Below, one piece after another: positions 13,194 to 23,978 of a stretch of DNA of 64,000 nucleotides (positions are counted from its first letter, which is position 1; each line of letters starts with the position of its first letter). A program made the translations under genes and the position numbers. This DNA is from Octopus sinensis (lineage: Eukaryota). The notes below the pieces were generated by a model. That model was given only the letters and a program-made list of their open reading frames with translations. It was not told where the DNA came from and ran no database searches. The stretch spans positions 25,172,001 through 25,236,000 of the forward strand of contig NC_043008.1 in the NCBI RefSeq assembly GCF_006345805.1, written 5' to 3'.

Positions 13194-13263
13194 TACCCTC
13201 CAGCCTTCATCAGCTGTCTTTGGGAAATTTCGAACCTGGGTTCTCATTCTAAGGTATTTTTGA

Positions 13264-13265
<2 letters not shown>

Positions 13266-13317
<52 letters not shown>

Positions 13318-13326
13318 TATTACTAT
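13266..13326. repeat. (TTA)n microsatellite internal to the SINE-like element
   Basis: Direct reading. Confidence 0.95.
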
Positions 13327-13431
13327 TCAGGTCACTGCTTGGAATCAAACTCGGAATCTTGGGGTTAGCAGTCTGCACACTTGACCACTACACTATATGC
13401 TCGTGGGCATATGGTGTAGTGGTTAATAATG

Positions 13432-13472
<41 letters not shown>

Positions 13473-13482
13473 TATTATTATT

Positions 13483-16400
13483 GACCCGACAGAACTACAT
13501 GAGCTAAAAAGTCAAATCATGATTGAATGGCTGAAAATTAAAGAAACCAGTATGGATGAACGCGATACACTCCCTAAAATCCGCAAATCTAACCAAAACA
13601 TGAAAATAATTGGTAAAATCCGGCTTGCACTTAAGGATATAGTTTCAGCTAATGATGTTGATATCACAGATCTCAACCACCTATACTATGCATCTGCGAA
13701 AATCTCAACGATCCTATGTGGTGAAAAGATTAGAAAACGGCAACATTTCCACAAAAAGCCTTCTTGGCAAGAGCGTTTGCAACAACAAATTAAACTATTT
13801 AGATCTGACATTGAATATTTGAAAAACCTTAAGGTTCATAAGACTACCAAACCTGCAAAAACCCAAAAACTAATGAAAAAAATATATGAAAACTATACTT
13901 GATATTGATGCCACCATAGAAACCATCAAGCAAAAGGTATCTGCAAAAGCTGCCCGCATAGCGAGGTATGAAAAGCGTATTAGATTCTTCAGGGACAACA
14001 ACATGTTCAAAAATAACCCCAAAAATTTTTACAGGAAGATAGGAAAAACAACAGTTACTGTAAAGTCTGTACCATCAAAAGAAGAAGTGCAGGGATTTTG
14101 GAATAGAATCTGGGCAGAAGAAAAAACACACAGCGAAAAGGCCCCCTGGATTGATAGAATATCTAAAGAACTGGACTCCTTAGAAGAGCAAAAGTGGGAG
14201 GGTGTCAAGGTAGAAGATATAAGATCTGCTCTCAGGAGGTCAAGCAAATGGAAGTCTCCAGGAAAGGATAAAATCCCTAACTTTTGGTTGAATGCCTTCC
14301 CAGAGAGCCATGAACTGCTAACAGAACTTTACAATGATGTTTTGCAACACCCTAGTAGGATGCCTCCTTGGCTAGTTAATGGGTTAACATTCCTGCTTCC
14401 AAAAAGTGAAGAAACAAATGAACCCAAAAACTATAGACCCATAACCTGCTTAACAACTATGTATAAAACACTAACATCTGTCCTGACGGAATATACCTAT
14501 AGTTTTTTGACAGACAGCAGCATATTCCCTAATGAACAGAAAGGATGTAAACGTGGATCCTACGGTTGTAAAGATCAACTACTCATCAATAAGATGATCT
14601 TAGAAGATTGTCACAAACGACACAAAAACTTATCAATAGCCTGGATAGACTATAAAAAGGCTTTTGATAGCCTACCACATAGCTGGATTAATAAATGCCT
14701 AGAAATGTATAAGATAGCACCTGCTCTGCGAAACTTTTTGTCTGTAAGTATGAGATCATGGAGAACCACACTAACTTTGAACAGTGACAATGAATCCCTA
14801 AATGCTGGTGATGTAAAAATTTCATGTGGCATTTTCCAGGGTGACTCACTATCACCGCTCCTCTTCTGTTTAGCCTTAATACCTCTCTCAAAACTGCTCA
14901 ATGACGCGCAGTACGGATATAAAATGTTTGATAAAAATATAAATCATCTCATTTACATGGATGATTTAAAGCTCTTTGCTAAAAATGACCAACAACTCAA
15001 GGGCTTACTAGCGATTGTCAAACAATTCAGTGATGACATCAGAATGCAATTTGGCCTCGATAAGTGCGCAAAAGCTACCTTTATCAAAGGAAAAATGACA
15101 GAAACATCTAACGTTAACCTTGACCAGCAGAATGTCATAAAAGACTTAGACCCAGCAGAGAACTACAAGTATCTAGGGGTAATTGAAGGAGAAGGAATAA
15201 GGCATTCAGAGATGAAGGAAAGGATCAGGAGAGAATGCTATCGCAGGGTAAGAGCAATACTCAAGACAGAGCTGAATGCGAGAAACAGGATCGAAGCAAT
15301 CAATGCATTAGCCATACCAGTCGTGACTTACAGTTTCAATATCGTTAACTGGTCAATTACTGAAATATGTAATCTTGACAGAAAAATACGAAAACTGTTG
15401 ACAATGCATAGAATGCACCACCCTAAGGCAGATACAGAACGACTTTATCTGCCAAGAAAAGAGGGAGGCCGTGGACTTTTACAACTGGCAATAACAATGA
15501 AGATTGCTACAATTGGCCTAGACATCTACCTGAAAAACTCTGAAGACTGGATTTTAAAACTTGTCTCAAAACATGAAAACAAGAAAGCATCATACTTAGT
15601 AAAAAACAGGCAAAGGAATATCTAAGTGAATTCCGAATACAACAAATTTCGGAATTAGAGATAGACATACAAGGAACAGGCACAGAAAAAGCTAAGCACA
15701 TGAAAACCCGTGCTAAATCTGCGGCCTTAGATATTCTGAATGATAAATGGCAAGAAAAATCTCTCTATGGCAAATACCCAAAGAGAGCAAATAATGCAGA
15801 TGTTGACAAAGCCCTGACCCATCAATGGCTAATGGCCTCTGGCTTAAAATCTGAAACAGAGGGGTTTATCATAGCAGCTCAAGATCAATGCCTACCAACA
15901 AGAAACTACCAGGCCAACATATTAAAGATCAGAAGCAGTCCAACGTGTCGTGTATGCAAGCAACAAAATGAAACCATTGACCATGTGGTCTCCAAGTGCA
16001 GTCTTCTAGCACCTACAGAGTATCTCAACAGGCACGATAGAGCTGCACAATATATTCACTGGGTAATCTGTAAAAACCTGGATTTGCCCCATGAAAAAAA
16101 CTGGTGGGAACACAAACCACCCCCAGTGCTTGAAAATGACCACATCTCACTCCTCTGGAACTTCACCATTCAAACTGACAGAAAGATAGATGCAAATAGG
16201 CCAGACATCATATTGAAAGACTTCAAACAAAGAACATGCCTCCTCATTGATATGACTGTCCCAATCGATATAAACATATCTGTCAAGACCTACCAAAAAC
16301 TGAGCAAATATAAAGATCTTGAAATAGAAATCAGCAAAATGTGGAACCTGAAGACTAAAACAATACCTGTTGTCATAGGTGCCCTGGGAATGATAGCAAA

Positions 16401-16512
16401 AGGGACTGATAGCTACCTAACTCAGATACCAGGAAACCCAAAAATGGCAGAAATTCAAAAGATAGTGCTCATGGGAACTGCTTATATCCTACGCAAAATA
16501 CTTTCTATGTAA
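13483..16512 (+). pseudogene. Dong/R4 polyprotein in three frames (to 13902; 13886-15625; to 16512)
   Basis: ORF-track pieces join into one RT-RLE protein. Both frameshifts fall at or near A homopolymers (~13876-13882 and ~15601-15607). Confidence 0.9.
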
Positions 16513-16716
16513 TCTCAAGGTTTAAAACAAACATAATTTTTGGTTTAAAAAAAACAACATTTTTTTAGAAATTCATTAGTACAACACCCCCACCCCCCAA
16601 ATAAATGGCACACTAGGCATAACAACAACATGAACTTCCAACCCTGTTGTCTCTTGAGGTCTCTGGGTGAGACTTGGATCCAACTTGTACAAATATAAAG
16701 CAAAAGTCAAACATAG
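13483..16716 (+). mobile_element. R4/Dong-clade non-LTR retrotransposon (RT, CCHC finger, restriction-like endonuclease), 5'-truncated, inserted in (AAT)n
   Basis: RT motifs WKSPGKD, NYRPITCL, EQKGC, WIDYKKAFDS, GIFQGDSLSPLLF, YMDD. CRVCKQQNETIDHVVSKC zinc finger. RPDIILKD...IDMTVP...KLSKYKDL RLE motif. Flanked by (AAT)n at 13425-13471 and 16717-16830. Confidence 0.95.
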
Positions 16717-16741
16717 AATAATAATAATAATAATAATAATG

Positions 16742-16817
<76 letters not shown>

Positions 16818-16994
16818 CAACAACAATAATAACATCGAAAAATACCTTAGGAATGAGAACCCAGGTTCGAAATTTCTCCAAAACACCTGATGAAGGCTGG
16901 AGGGTATATATCAGCCAAAATGTTGCGTTACCAACAAACAAGCTGAGGACAAATATTCATCAAATGTAAATAATGTAAATAATGTGCAATCTCA
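16717..16994 (+). mobile_element. right arm (3' part) of the hammerhead SINE-like element: (AAT)n, body, HHR, tail
   Basis: 16830-16994 is the reverse complement of the left-arm sequence and of the 17971-18158 copy. Confidence 0.85.
16882..16929 (+). ncRNA. type I hammerhead ribozyme motif, family B, mutated
   Basis: AACAC CUGAUGA A GGCUG-loop-CAGCC AAA AUGU U GCGUU. Comparing the three copies suggests a consensus of GACAC CUGAUGA..CAGCC GAA ACGU U GUGUU. In this copy G12 is lost by a CpG-type transition. Confidence 0.7.
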
Positions 16995-17056
16995 CTACTT
17001 ATACTAAATAGATAACTAAGAATTTGGATAAAAGATGTAAAATAACCATGATCAGG

Positions 17057-17280
17057 CACAGTGGTGGGCACAGCTAACCAAAAAGTTAACTTTGCTAATC
17101 TGCTAACTAAAAAACTTAACTTCGCAAACATTAAACCATGAAACAGGTAAATGAATTAGCAGAAGCTAATTCTAACTAATAACCGCTAACTTTTATCAAA
17201 CGAATTTAGCTTTGGTTTTTTGGCTCTAAAATCCTTAAAAACAGACCTAGAGGGCTGAAGTTTTCATGTAGCTTAGACAT
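17057..17280 (+). mobile_element. terminal fragment of a hAT-like DNA transposon
   Basis: Begins CAGTGGTGGGCAC followed by repeated GTTAAC/GCTAAC subterminal motifs, similar to the ends of the 34652-35510 element. Confidence 0.45.
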
Positions 17281-17399
17281 AGAACTTCCAAAAAGGTATA
17301 GCATGCCAAGATCAGGTGATCAAGGTGTATGCAAATAATTAAATGAACAAATGAAATTAAACATCAGTTTTTCAGACAACATACTTTATTCATATAAAT

Positions 17400-17960
17400 A
17401 AAATTCACTGTGTTTGTGAGTGTTTCCTTTATGCACGGGCAAACCACGGGATCAATCCGTACCAAATTTGTCATGAAGGTTTTTCATTACTTGGGGAAGG
17501 TTCTGGGGTGAGGGTCACTAATTTTTTTACTTTTTTCAAAACCCAAAATATGCTTTACATACCGGTTTCGGTTTTTCGCTTTCAAGGTAAACGATTCTGA
17601 TAGAAGCAAACATGGTATTGAATAATTCCCTGTGATACGTCTATGATCCCACCGCTTTTTTTAAAAAGTAAAGATAAACACTTTTTAATTGTGATAATGA
17701 AACAAGAGGTTTACTCCTTACTGCTAAAATTCCTTTCTTTTGGGAAATATAAGGTTGATGATGTTTTCATTCCACGGATCCCATTAATCCCATCTCACCT
17801 CCCTATGAATTTAAACGGCTCCACTTTCCAGCGAAACTTAGTTTTGCTATGTCTATAAACAAATCCCAAGCACAATCTCTCAACGTTGTTGGACTTAACC
17901 TTGCTTTTCTCATGGGCTATTATATAGGATGTTCATGAGTTGCAAGTCCCCAAACTCTTT
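17400..17960 (+). mobile_element. Helitron remnant with the C-terminus of a PIF1-like helicase
   Basis: VFIPRIPLIPS, then in shifted frames FKRLHFP..LSFAMSINKSQAQSLNVVGLNL..FSHG (17740-17950). Confidence 0.85.
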
Positions 17961-17970
17961 TCCTTTGATA

Positions 17971-18158
17971 CAGTTCTATATTTAAGAGATGAGGAATTAT
18001 GTACATTATTTACATTTGATGGCTATTTGTTCTCATCTTCTTTGTTGTTAACACGGTTCGGCTGATATACCCTCCAGCCTTCATCAGGTGTCTTGGGAAA
18101 ATTTCGAACCTGGGTTCTCATTTCTAAGGTATTTTTTGATATTGTTGTTGTTATTATA
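17971..18158 (-). mobile_element. third copy of the hammerhead SINE-like element, lacking the tRNA head; HHR at ~18050-18092
   Basis: Minus strand reads GACAC CTGATGA AGGCTG GAGGGTATAT CAGCC GAAC CGTGTT. Colinear with the left arm and gives the pre-insertion site of the mariner. Confidence 0.85.
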
Positions 18159-18364
18159 AATCTCTGAGCGAGGTATAAACAGTAGCTGCATGACAACATG
18201 AAGTATATTTGCCACTTAAATGTGGTTAAACCTTAAGGGTGGATGCTACTGTTGCTTGTAGCCCCAGGAGGACATCTCCTCCAGCTGGCTATTGACACAC
18301 TTTCTGTGACCTATCAGTATTTGCAAAGGGAAGCCATCCTTCCCATCTTCAATCTGACATGATA

Positions 18365-18409
18365 CACATGGACTCGAGTTTCTGGGTACTGACCTATCAT
18401 CAGTGTGTG
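18365..18409 (-). ncRNA. type I hammerhead ribozyme motif, family C, decayed
   Basis: Minus strand: CACACA CUGAUGA UAGGU CAGU ACCCA GAA ACUCGAGU C CAUGUG. The core is intact, helix III is palindromic (ACUCGAGU) and the cleavage triplet is GUC. Helix I has two mismatches. Confidence 0.7.
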
Positions 18410-21400
18410 ACAATCACCGATTGCCAATGAAAAGTGGGACCCATTTGCAATTATATATCCTTTTTCCAGCCAATGTATAATCTTTTTGATTCACTCAATG
18501 ATATTCCAATGAATTCTTTCACAAGTACAGTGAAAGCTTTACTTGCCTATGGAATCACAAGACTAAAATATTATCCTGTAGAAAACCAAAATTATTATTA
18601 GTCATTCAGTGATATCTTTAGTTCACTGCACGAATATTTTCTAATTAGATATTTAATAATAACTTAAGTTTACCATACATAGCAGTTGTTTTTAAGAGGA
18701 CAATGTCTCTGAATTGATTTAATATCTGCTAGCTTTTGTAACTCAATTGCTGAGTAACAAAAACAAGTAGGGTGGGTAGCTTGGAGATCAGGGGCTACTT
18801 CTCCCATATTGAGAGGTCACAACTCTGGTACCATGAACATGTGAATAGAAGGTTGCAGGAGAGTATAGCAAAGTGAGCCAACCATGCAGGAAAGAATTGC
18901 AAAATAGATTCTTCAAGCTGAACCAACTAGCAGGAGACCTAGGGTTAAACTAACAACGTGACAGCTTAAGGATATCCATTGTCTCAGTTGGTCATGCTTA
19001 GGAATCCAGCCAGAAAGTCTAATGAAGGTTACTTCTGATAGGACCAAATGGAGGAGGGGTGCCTGAGGGCTCTACCCCTATGAACATCATATGAATTGTG
19101 GGTGAAGAAAATTGATAATTTTTGTTGGTCTTCTGCTTTCTGTCCAAAGGGTTGATGAATTATCTGCACCTGTATGTGCAGACCTGGACAAGGTTTTGTT
19201 TTGAGGAATATTAATATTAATAGTTTTTCAATGTTGTCCAAGAGAAGGGTAAGGTAAAGACCAACACAGCTTAGCACTGTTTGCATTATTACAACACTAC
19301 TGTCCAAATGCAAAGAGCCCGATCATATACAACATATTATATTGTCTGAAGATCATATCATCTGCCAGTCCATCAGCCTGGATTACAACAATTTTCTATT
19401 AACCCCCACCCCCACTACCACCACAAAACGAAAAAAAGAGGAAAGGCAAACTTAATATAGATGGTGTTTGAACTCTGAAAACAAAGATTCAGAACAAATA
19501 CCATGCTGTGTTTTGTCCAAAATTTTAAGGACAGTTCACTATTTTAATTTTTGCTGTAGCCTTCACACACAACAAATTTGAATAGTGATGAAACCCATTC
19601 AATGTTCACTAGTCTACAAATATTTTAATATTGTTTGATATTAACGTTTTATGCTAGAATTTACCTTTATTGCTAGGATAACTAGAATGATTTCCACAAA
19701 GAAAAATGTTACTGGAACAGTTGTTATTACATTTAGGTATTCATCCCTGTTAACTCTTCTGATTTGACGTAGAAGTAGTAACAGTTATCTGACAACTAAA
19801 TTGAAATAATAGTCATGTACATTGCCCACTAGGACAACACTACAGCATTTTAATTCATGGCCATGAATTCTGTAACTGAACCTGAAGGTCATTACATATA
19901 TAAGAAAATCATAGTTTGGATTTTAACAAACCTGCTCAAATAATTAAGAATATTGGAAATTTATTATATAGAAGATATGAAATAAAAGAAAAAGAAAAGA
20001 CAAGAAAAAATAATCAAATCCCATATTTAATATATGGAAACTTTCCTTTTCAATAACTGTTTTGCTGCCTAAAATTTGAAGTAATATTCAGCAGTTAAAC
20101 ACTATTCATAGGAAATATATAAGAAATTTAAAATTTTGAATAATATTTAGCAGTTAAACACTATTGATAGTGCTGCTTTAGTACAAGAAAAATAGAAAAT
20201 AAAATAATTCTATTCTCACGCAGATCTGTTCACAAGCACACACATACACACATAAGTGAAACAAATTATTAAAAAAAAAAAGATGGTAAATATATTGTTA
20301 AAGGTGAAAATAAACTCATTTGATGGAATTCAGCACATGTTTGTCCATATTTCTACTTGAGTGCTGAATTTGGTGCAGTTAGCACTCTTATCTTTACTTT
20401 GATTCAATAGTTTTAAAATGAAGTTAAATGCAATAAAATAGAAATATCTTTCGTGATAATATTTATTTTAGATGTAATAGTGAGTTCAATGATGATGATG
20501 ATATTGTCCCTCAAAATTCTGAACAGAATGGCTGTATTTATTAATTTAAGGATTCATTTAGTTAGTTAAGTATTTTTTATGTATCACTTGATTTCTCATG
20601 TGTATTTAAACATTTTCCTGCATCATTCTGATTTGTTTAAATATTTTCATTTCAGATGTTATGCAAATTGATAAAAAATATTTTTTTTAAATTTGCAAAG
20701 TGTTAAAAAATTTTGAGAACTGATTATTACTCTCTTTCTTGCTGTGTATGCATATATACATGTGTGTGTGTGCATGCGTGTGTGTATGCATACGTGTGTG
20801 TGTGTATGGAGTATGTGTGTAAAGTGTTAGTAAGAAAAAAAATAATAAGCTGATGAGGTCAGCTGAGCCATATGTTGTTCTGAATATTAACTGTAAATGT
20901 AATCAGACATTTTAAGCAATTTGTTATTAGCTCAGGAACAAGCATTCATTTATGTATGATTCTCACTATATAGTTTAGAGTTTGTGAGTTTTGTTATTTT
21001 TGTTGTGCTTTTCATTTTTTTTCTAATTTAAAATTTATTTTTATTCCTTGTCAATGAAATTTTATTACCTCTTTTTAATTTCCATTGACAGTTATTTTTA
21101 AGTAGTCTCTTGTAAAGTTAAAAAAATTTTTCCTCGCAAAAATATTTTTGTTTTCTGAATTGTGTTAGCATAGTTGAAAAGTAAGCTACAACTATATAAT
21201 TGCCTATTTTCCCTTATTTATAGATTGCATTACTTATTAAAGTTATGTAGGATGAGAATAAATTTTTCTTACAGTTCACACCAAGTTTACAAATATTGAT
21301 AAAAATAAGTCTTAAAGAGTCATAATGCTTGAGATTTTCAAAAGAGATGGGGAAAGAAAAATTATATATAAAGCTTTAATAGATGTCATTAACAGCATTC

Positions 21401-21834
21401 TTTAGAGGAAAATTCTCCTCCCTCAATTTAGAAGAAGGTTATGAAGAATATTGCACTTATTCAATCGATGACTGTCTTCAGAGTTAACTCTATCAGCAAG
21501 CAAAATTGTTGATGCCATCTACATTTTTGCATAGAAAATAAGTAATATTTTATTATTTTTGATTAACTTCATCTTTGTCACTTCCTCAATCTGTGAACAC
21601 TTAAACCTCACTCTCCTCATCTCATTGGAACATATGCCTTATTCTTTATTTTATCTACTCTTTAATTCTTTTGTAGTTCTCTATCTTGTTCATCAAATTA
21701 ACACAAGATTTCCATGCCATATTGAAGACATCTTATGATAGGGACTGATAAAACATGTTTAAAAAACCTTAGAGTAAATATCATTGGATGACAGAAATAA
21801 CAGCTCATTGGATGAAATGCACAAAATGATTTGT

Positions 21835-22015
21835 TGTATTTAGTTATTGTCCTTTACATTCTGAGTTCAAATCCTACTGAGGTCAATTTTGCCTTTCACT
21901 TTTCAGTAATCAATAAAATAAAATAGCAGTCGAGCATTAAGTGCAAGGAGTTGGTTTAATCAACTAACACTTTCCCTGCAAAACTGCTGACCTTGTGACT
22001 AAATTAGAAATTATC
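21835..22015 (+). mobile_element. tRNA-derived SINE copy
   Basis: GAGTTCAAATCCTACTGAGGTCAATTTTGCCTTTCA...; homologous to 6712-6925. Confidence 0.7.
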
Positions 22016-22307
22016 ATTAATATAGAGATTATATATAAGTATATGCTGCTAAAGTAGAGAGTATTCTGAAAAACACTAAAAAAAAAAGAAACCCCTTCAG
22101 ACCCCTTCAGTTGCATGTTTCAAAGATAAAGCTGAATACTTAAAGGATTCAGTGCACAACGACCTGATGTCAGGTTTGATCTTATTGCATAGTGCTATTC
22201 TATTATATTTCAGGATAGATAATATATTGTGGATGGAATTTGATGAATATATACATGAAAAGCATATAAAAGTGTGTCATATGCAGTGAGTTTGGGTATA
22301 TAACCCT

Positions 22308-22452
22308 CATCATCCAAAATTAACTTCTGCTTTTCATGCTGGCATGGATTGAATGGCTTGACAGGAGCTGGTGAGCCAGAAAATCGTGCTAAGTACCATT
22401 GACTGCCTTGACATGGTTTCCACTGACAGATGCCTTTCCTAATGCCAAACAT
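22308..22452 (-). repeat. RTE-tail-like short interspersed repeat
   Basis: CATGCTGGCATGG...GATGCC.TTCCTAATGCCAA is shared with 51706-51870 and 54028-54210, and occurs inverted near 32960-33128. Confidence 0.65.
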
Positions 22453-22571
22453 TAATCAATAGTGGCTGAAATTGTTACAGCATTACACAAGATTGATTAT
22501 ATTGAGTAATGATGGAATGATGTAAATGAAGTCTTAAAATGATTTGCTAAGTCCGTTCTTTGATATTTTCT

Positions 22572-22596
22572 TTATATATATATATATATATATATA

Positions 22597-22630
<34 letters not shown>
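22572..22630. repeat. (TA)n microsatellite, left flank of the Penelope-like element
   Basis: Direct reading. A matching (TA)n lies at 30582-30628. Confidence 0.95.
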
Positions 22631-22636
<6 letters not shown>

Positions 22637-22724
22637 TATTAGAGACACAACCACTATTTTGCAAAACAAACAAGGAAAGACTTAATCAATACATAAAATT
22701 TTAATAAATAGTCAAAAAAAACCG

Positions 22725-22767
22725 CCACTACAATCGTTTCTTGTCTTGATCGACAATCTTCAGGTGG
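22725..22767 (-). ncRNA. type I hammerhead ribozyme, family A (3' pLTR)
   Basis: CCAC CUGAAGA UUGUC-GAUCAA-GACAA GAA AC-GAUU-GU A GUGG. All core nucleotides and helices I, II and III are present; predicted cleavage after GUA. Confidence 0.88.
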
Positions 22768-23978
22768 ACTTCCAATCTAAAAAATCAATATTTTAAAATA
22801 TAATAATAATTTTAAAATAATTAAAGTATGAATGAAAAATATAAGTATATAATCCATATATAACCTATATATAATCCATATATAATCATATATAAACAAT
22901 ATATAAACTAAAAAAAAACCTATCAACAATTAAATATAAAATATAAAATATAAAATATAAAATATAAAATATAAAACAAAACAAAAAAATAAAAAAATAA
23001 TAATAATATAATAATAAACTATATATACACCCATACACATATACCTAATTATATATAACCATATCTAACTACATACACTAAATCACACACCTATATATAT
23101 ATCCCTATACATACACATAAAAACGTCTAGGCAACTATAAATAAATAAAATAGCTAAATACTTCAACACAATACTTATTCATACTCCCACACACACACAC
23201 ATACAACCCACATTCACGCTCTAGAAAACGGACATCACTCAAAACTATGAACGGAGAAATGGAATAAATGGAATTAAAAATTATATTCACTTGGTAAAAC
23301 GACACTACTTAAAAATTATGAATGAAACAATGCAATAAAACAACAGACATCGCGAATAGACACAAATTACTACGAATTCCTTAACAAACCTACCATGATA
23401 AACCAAAACTCATAAAAACATATAATGATAAAATCTCCCTTTACTAAACTCTATAACAAACCTATATAGCAATCCCCCTAACCTAAACATTCACACACAA
23501 ATACACACACGTAAACCACACACCCACGACATATACAAATACCCACACCACTTACACATACCAATACATACATATAAACCTCACATATACTACTCCAAAA
23601 ACCCACTCAACCCCACACAGACAAATAAACACAAAAATTATGAATGGATTCTTTTATAAAACTACCATGATAAGCTAAAACTCACAAAACAGAAATGATA
23701 AAACCTCCCTTTACTAACCCTATAACATACTTATATAGCAATCCCTTTAACCTATACATTCACACACAAAACACACACGTAAACCACACACCCATAACAA
23801 ATACAAACACCCACCCCACTCACAACACACCCACAAGTACATATAAGCCTCAACATATACACCAAACAAAATTACTTTACCAAGGAACTTAACATATGTA
23901 TAAAAAGTATAACCGCTCTGGAAACGAACATCTCTAAATTAATGAAGGGAGAAATGGAATAAATGGAATTAAAAATAA

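Larger units (their letters stand above)
11796..13400 (-). mobile_element. left arm of a tRNA-head/(AAT)n/hammerhead SINE-like element, interrupted by a mariner
   Basis: 11796-11901 joined to 13196-13325 matches the uninterrupted copy at 17971-18158. 13327-13400 reads on the minus strand as a tRNA-like head (TAGTGTAGTGG A box, GAGTTTGATTCC B box). Confidence 0.8.

Noticed and set aside
13327-13425. Possible tRNA gene
   Set aside because: A and B boxes are present, but there is no intact cloverleaf or oligo-T terminator, and it is fused to repeat sequence. Treated as a SINE head.
13152-13484. ORFs with poly-Leu, poly-Asn or poly-Ile (also 16576-16969)
   Set aside because: They are translations of (TTA)n/(AAT)n microsatellites.
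20848-20880. CTGATGAGGTCAGCTGAGCC, a hammerhead-like start
   Set aside because: No GAAA follows the putative stem and there is no helix I partner.
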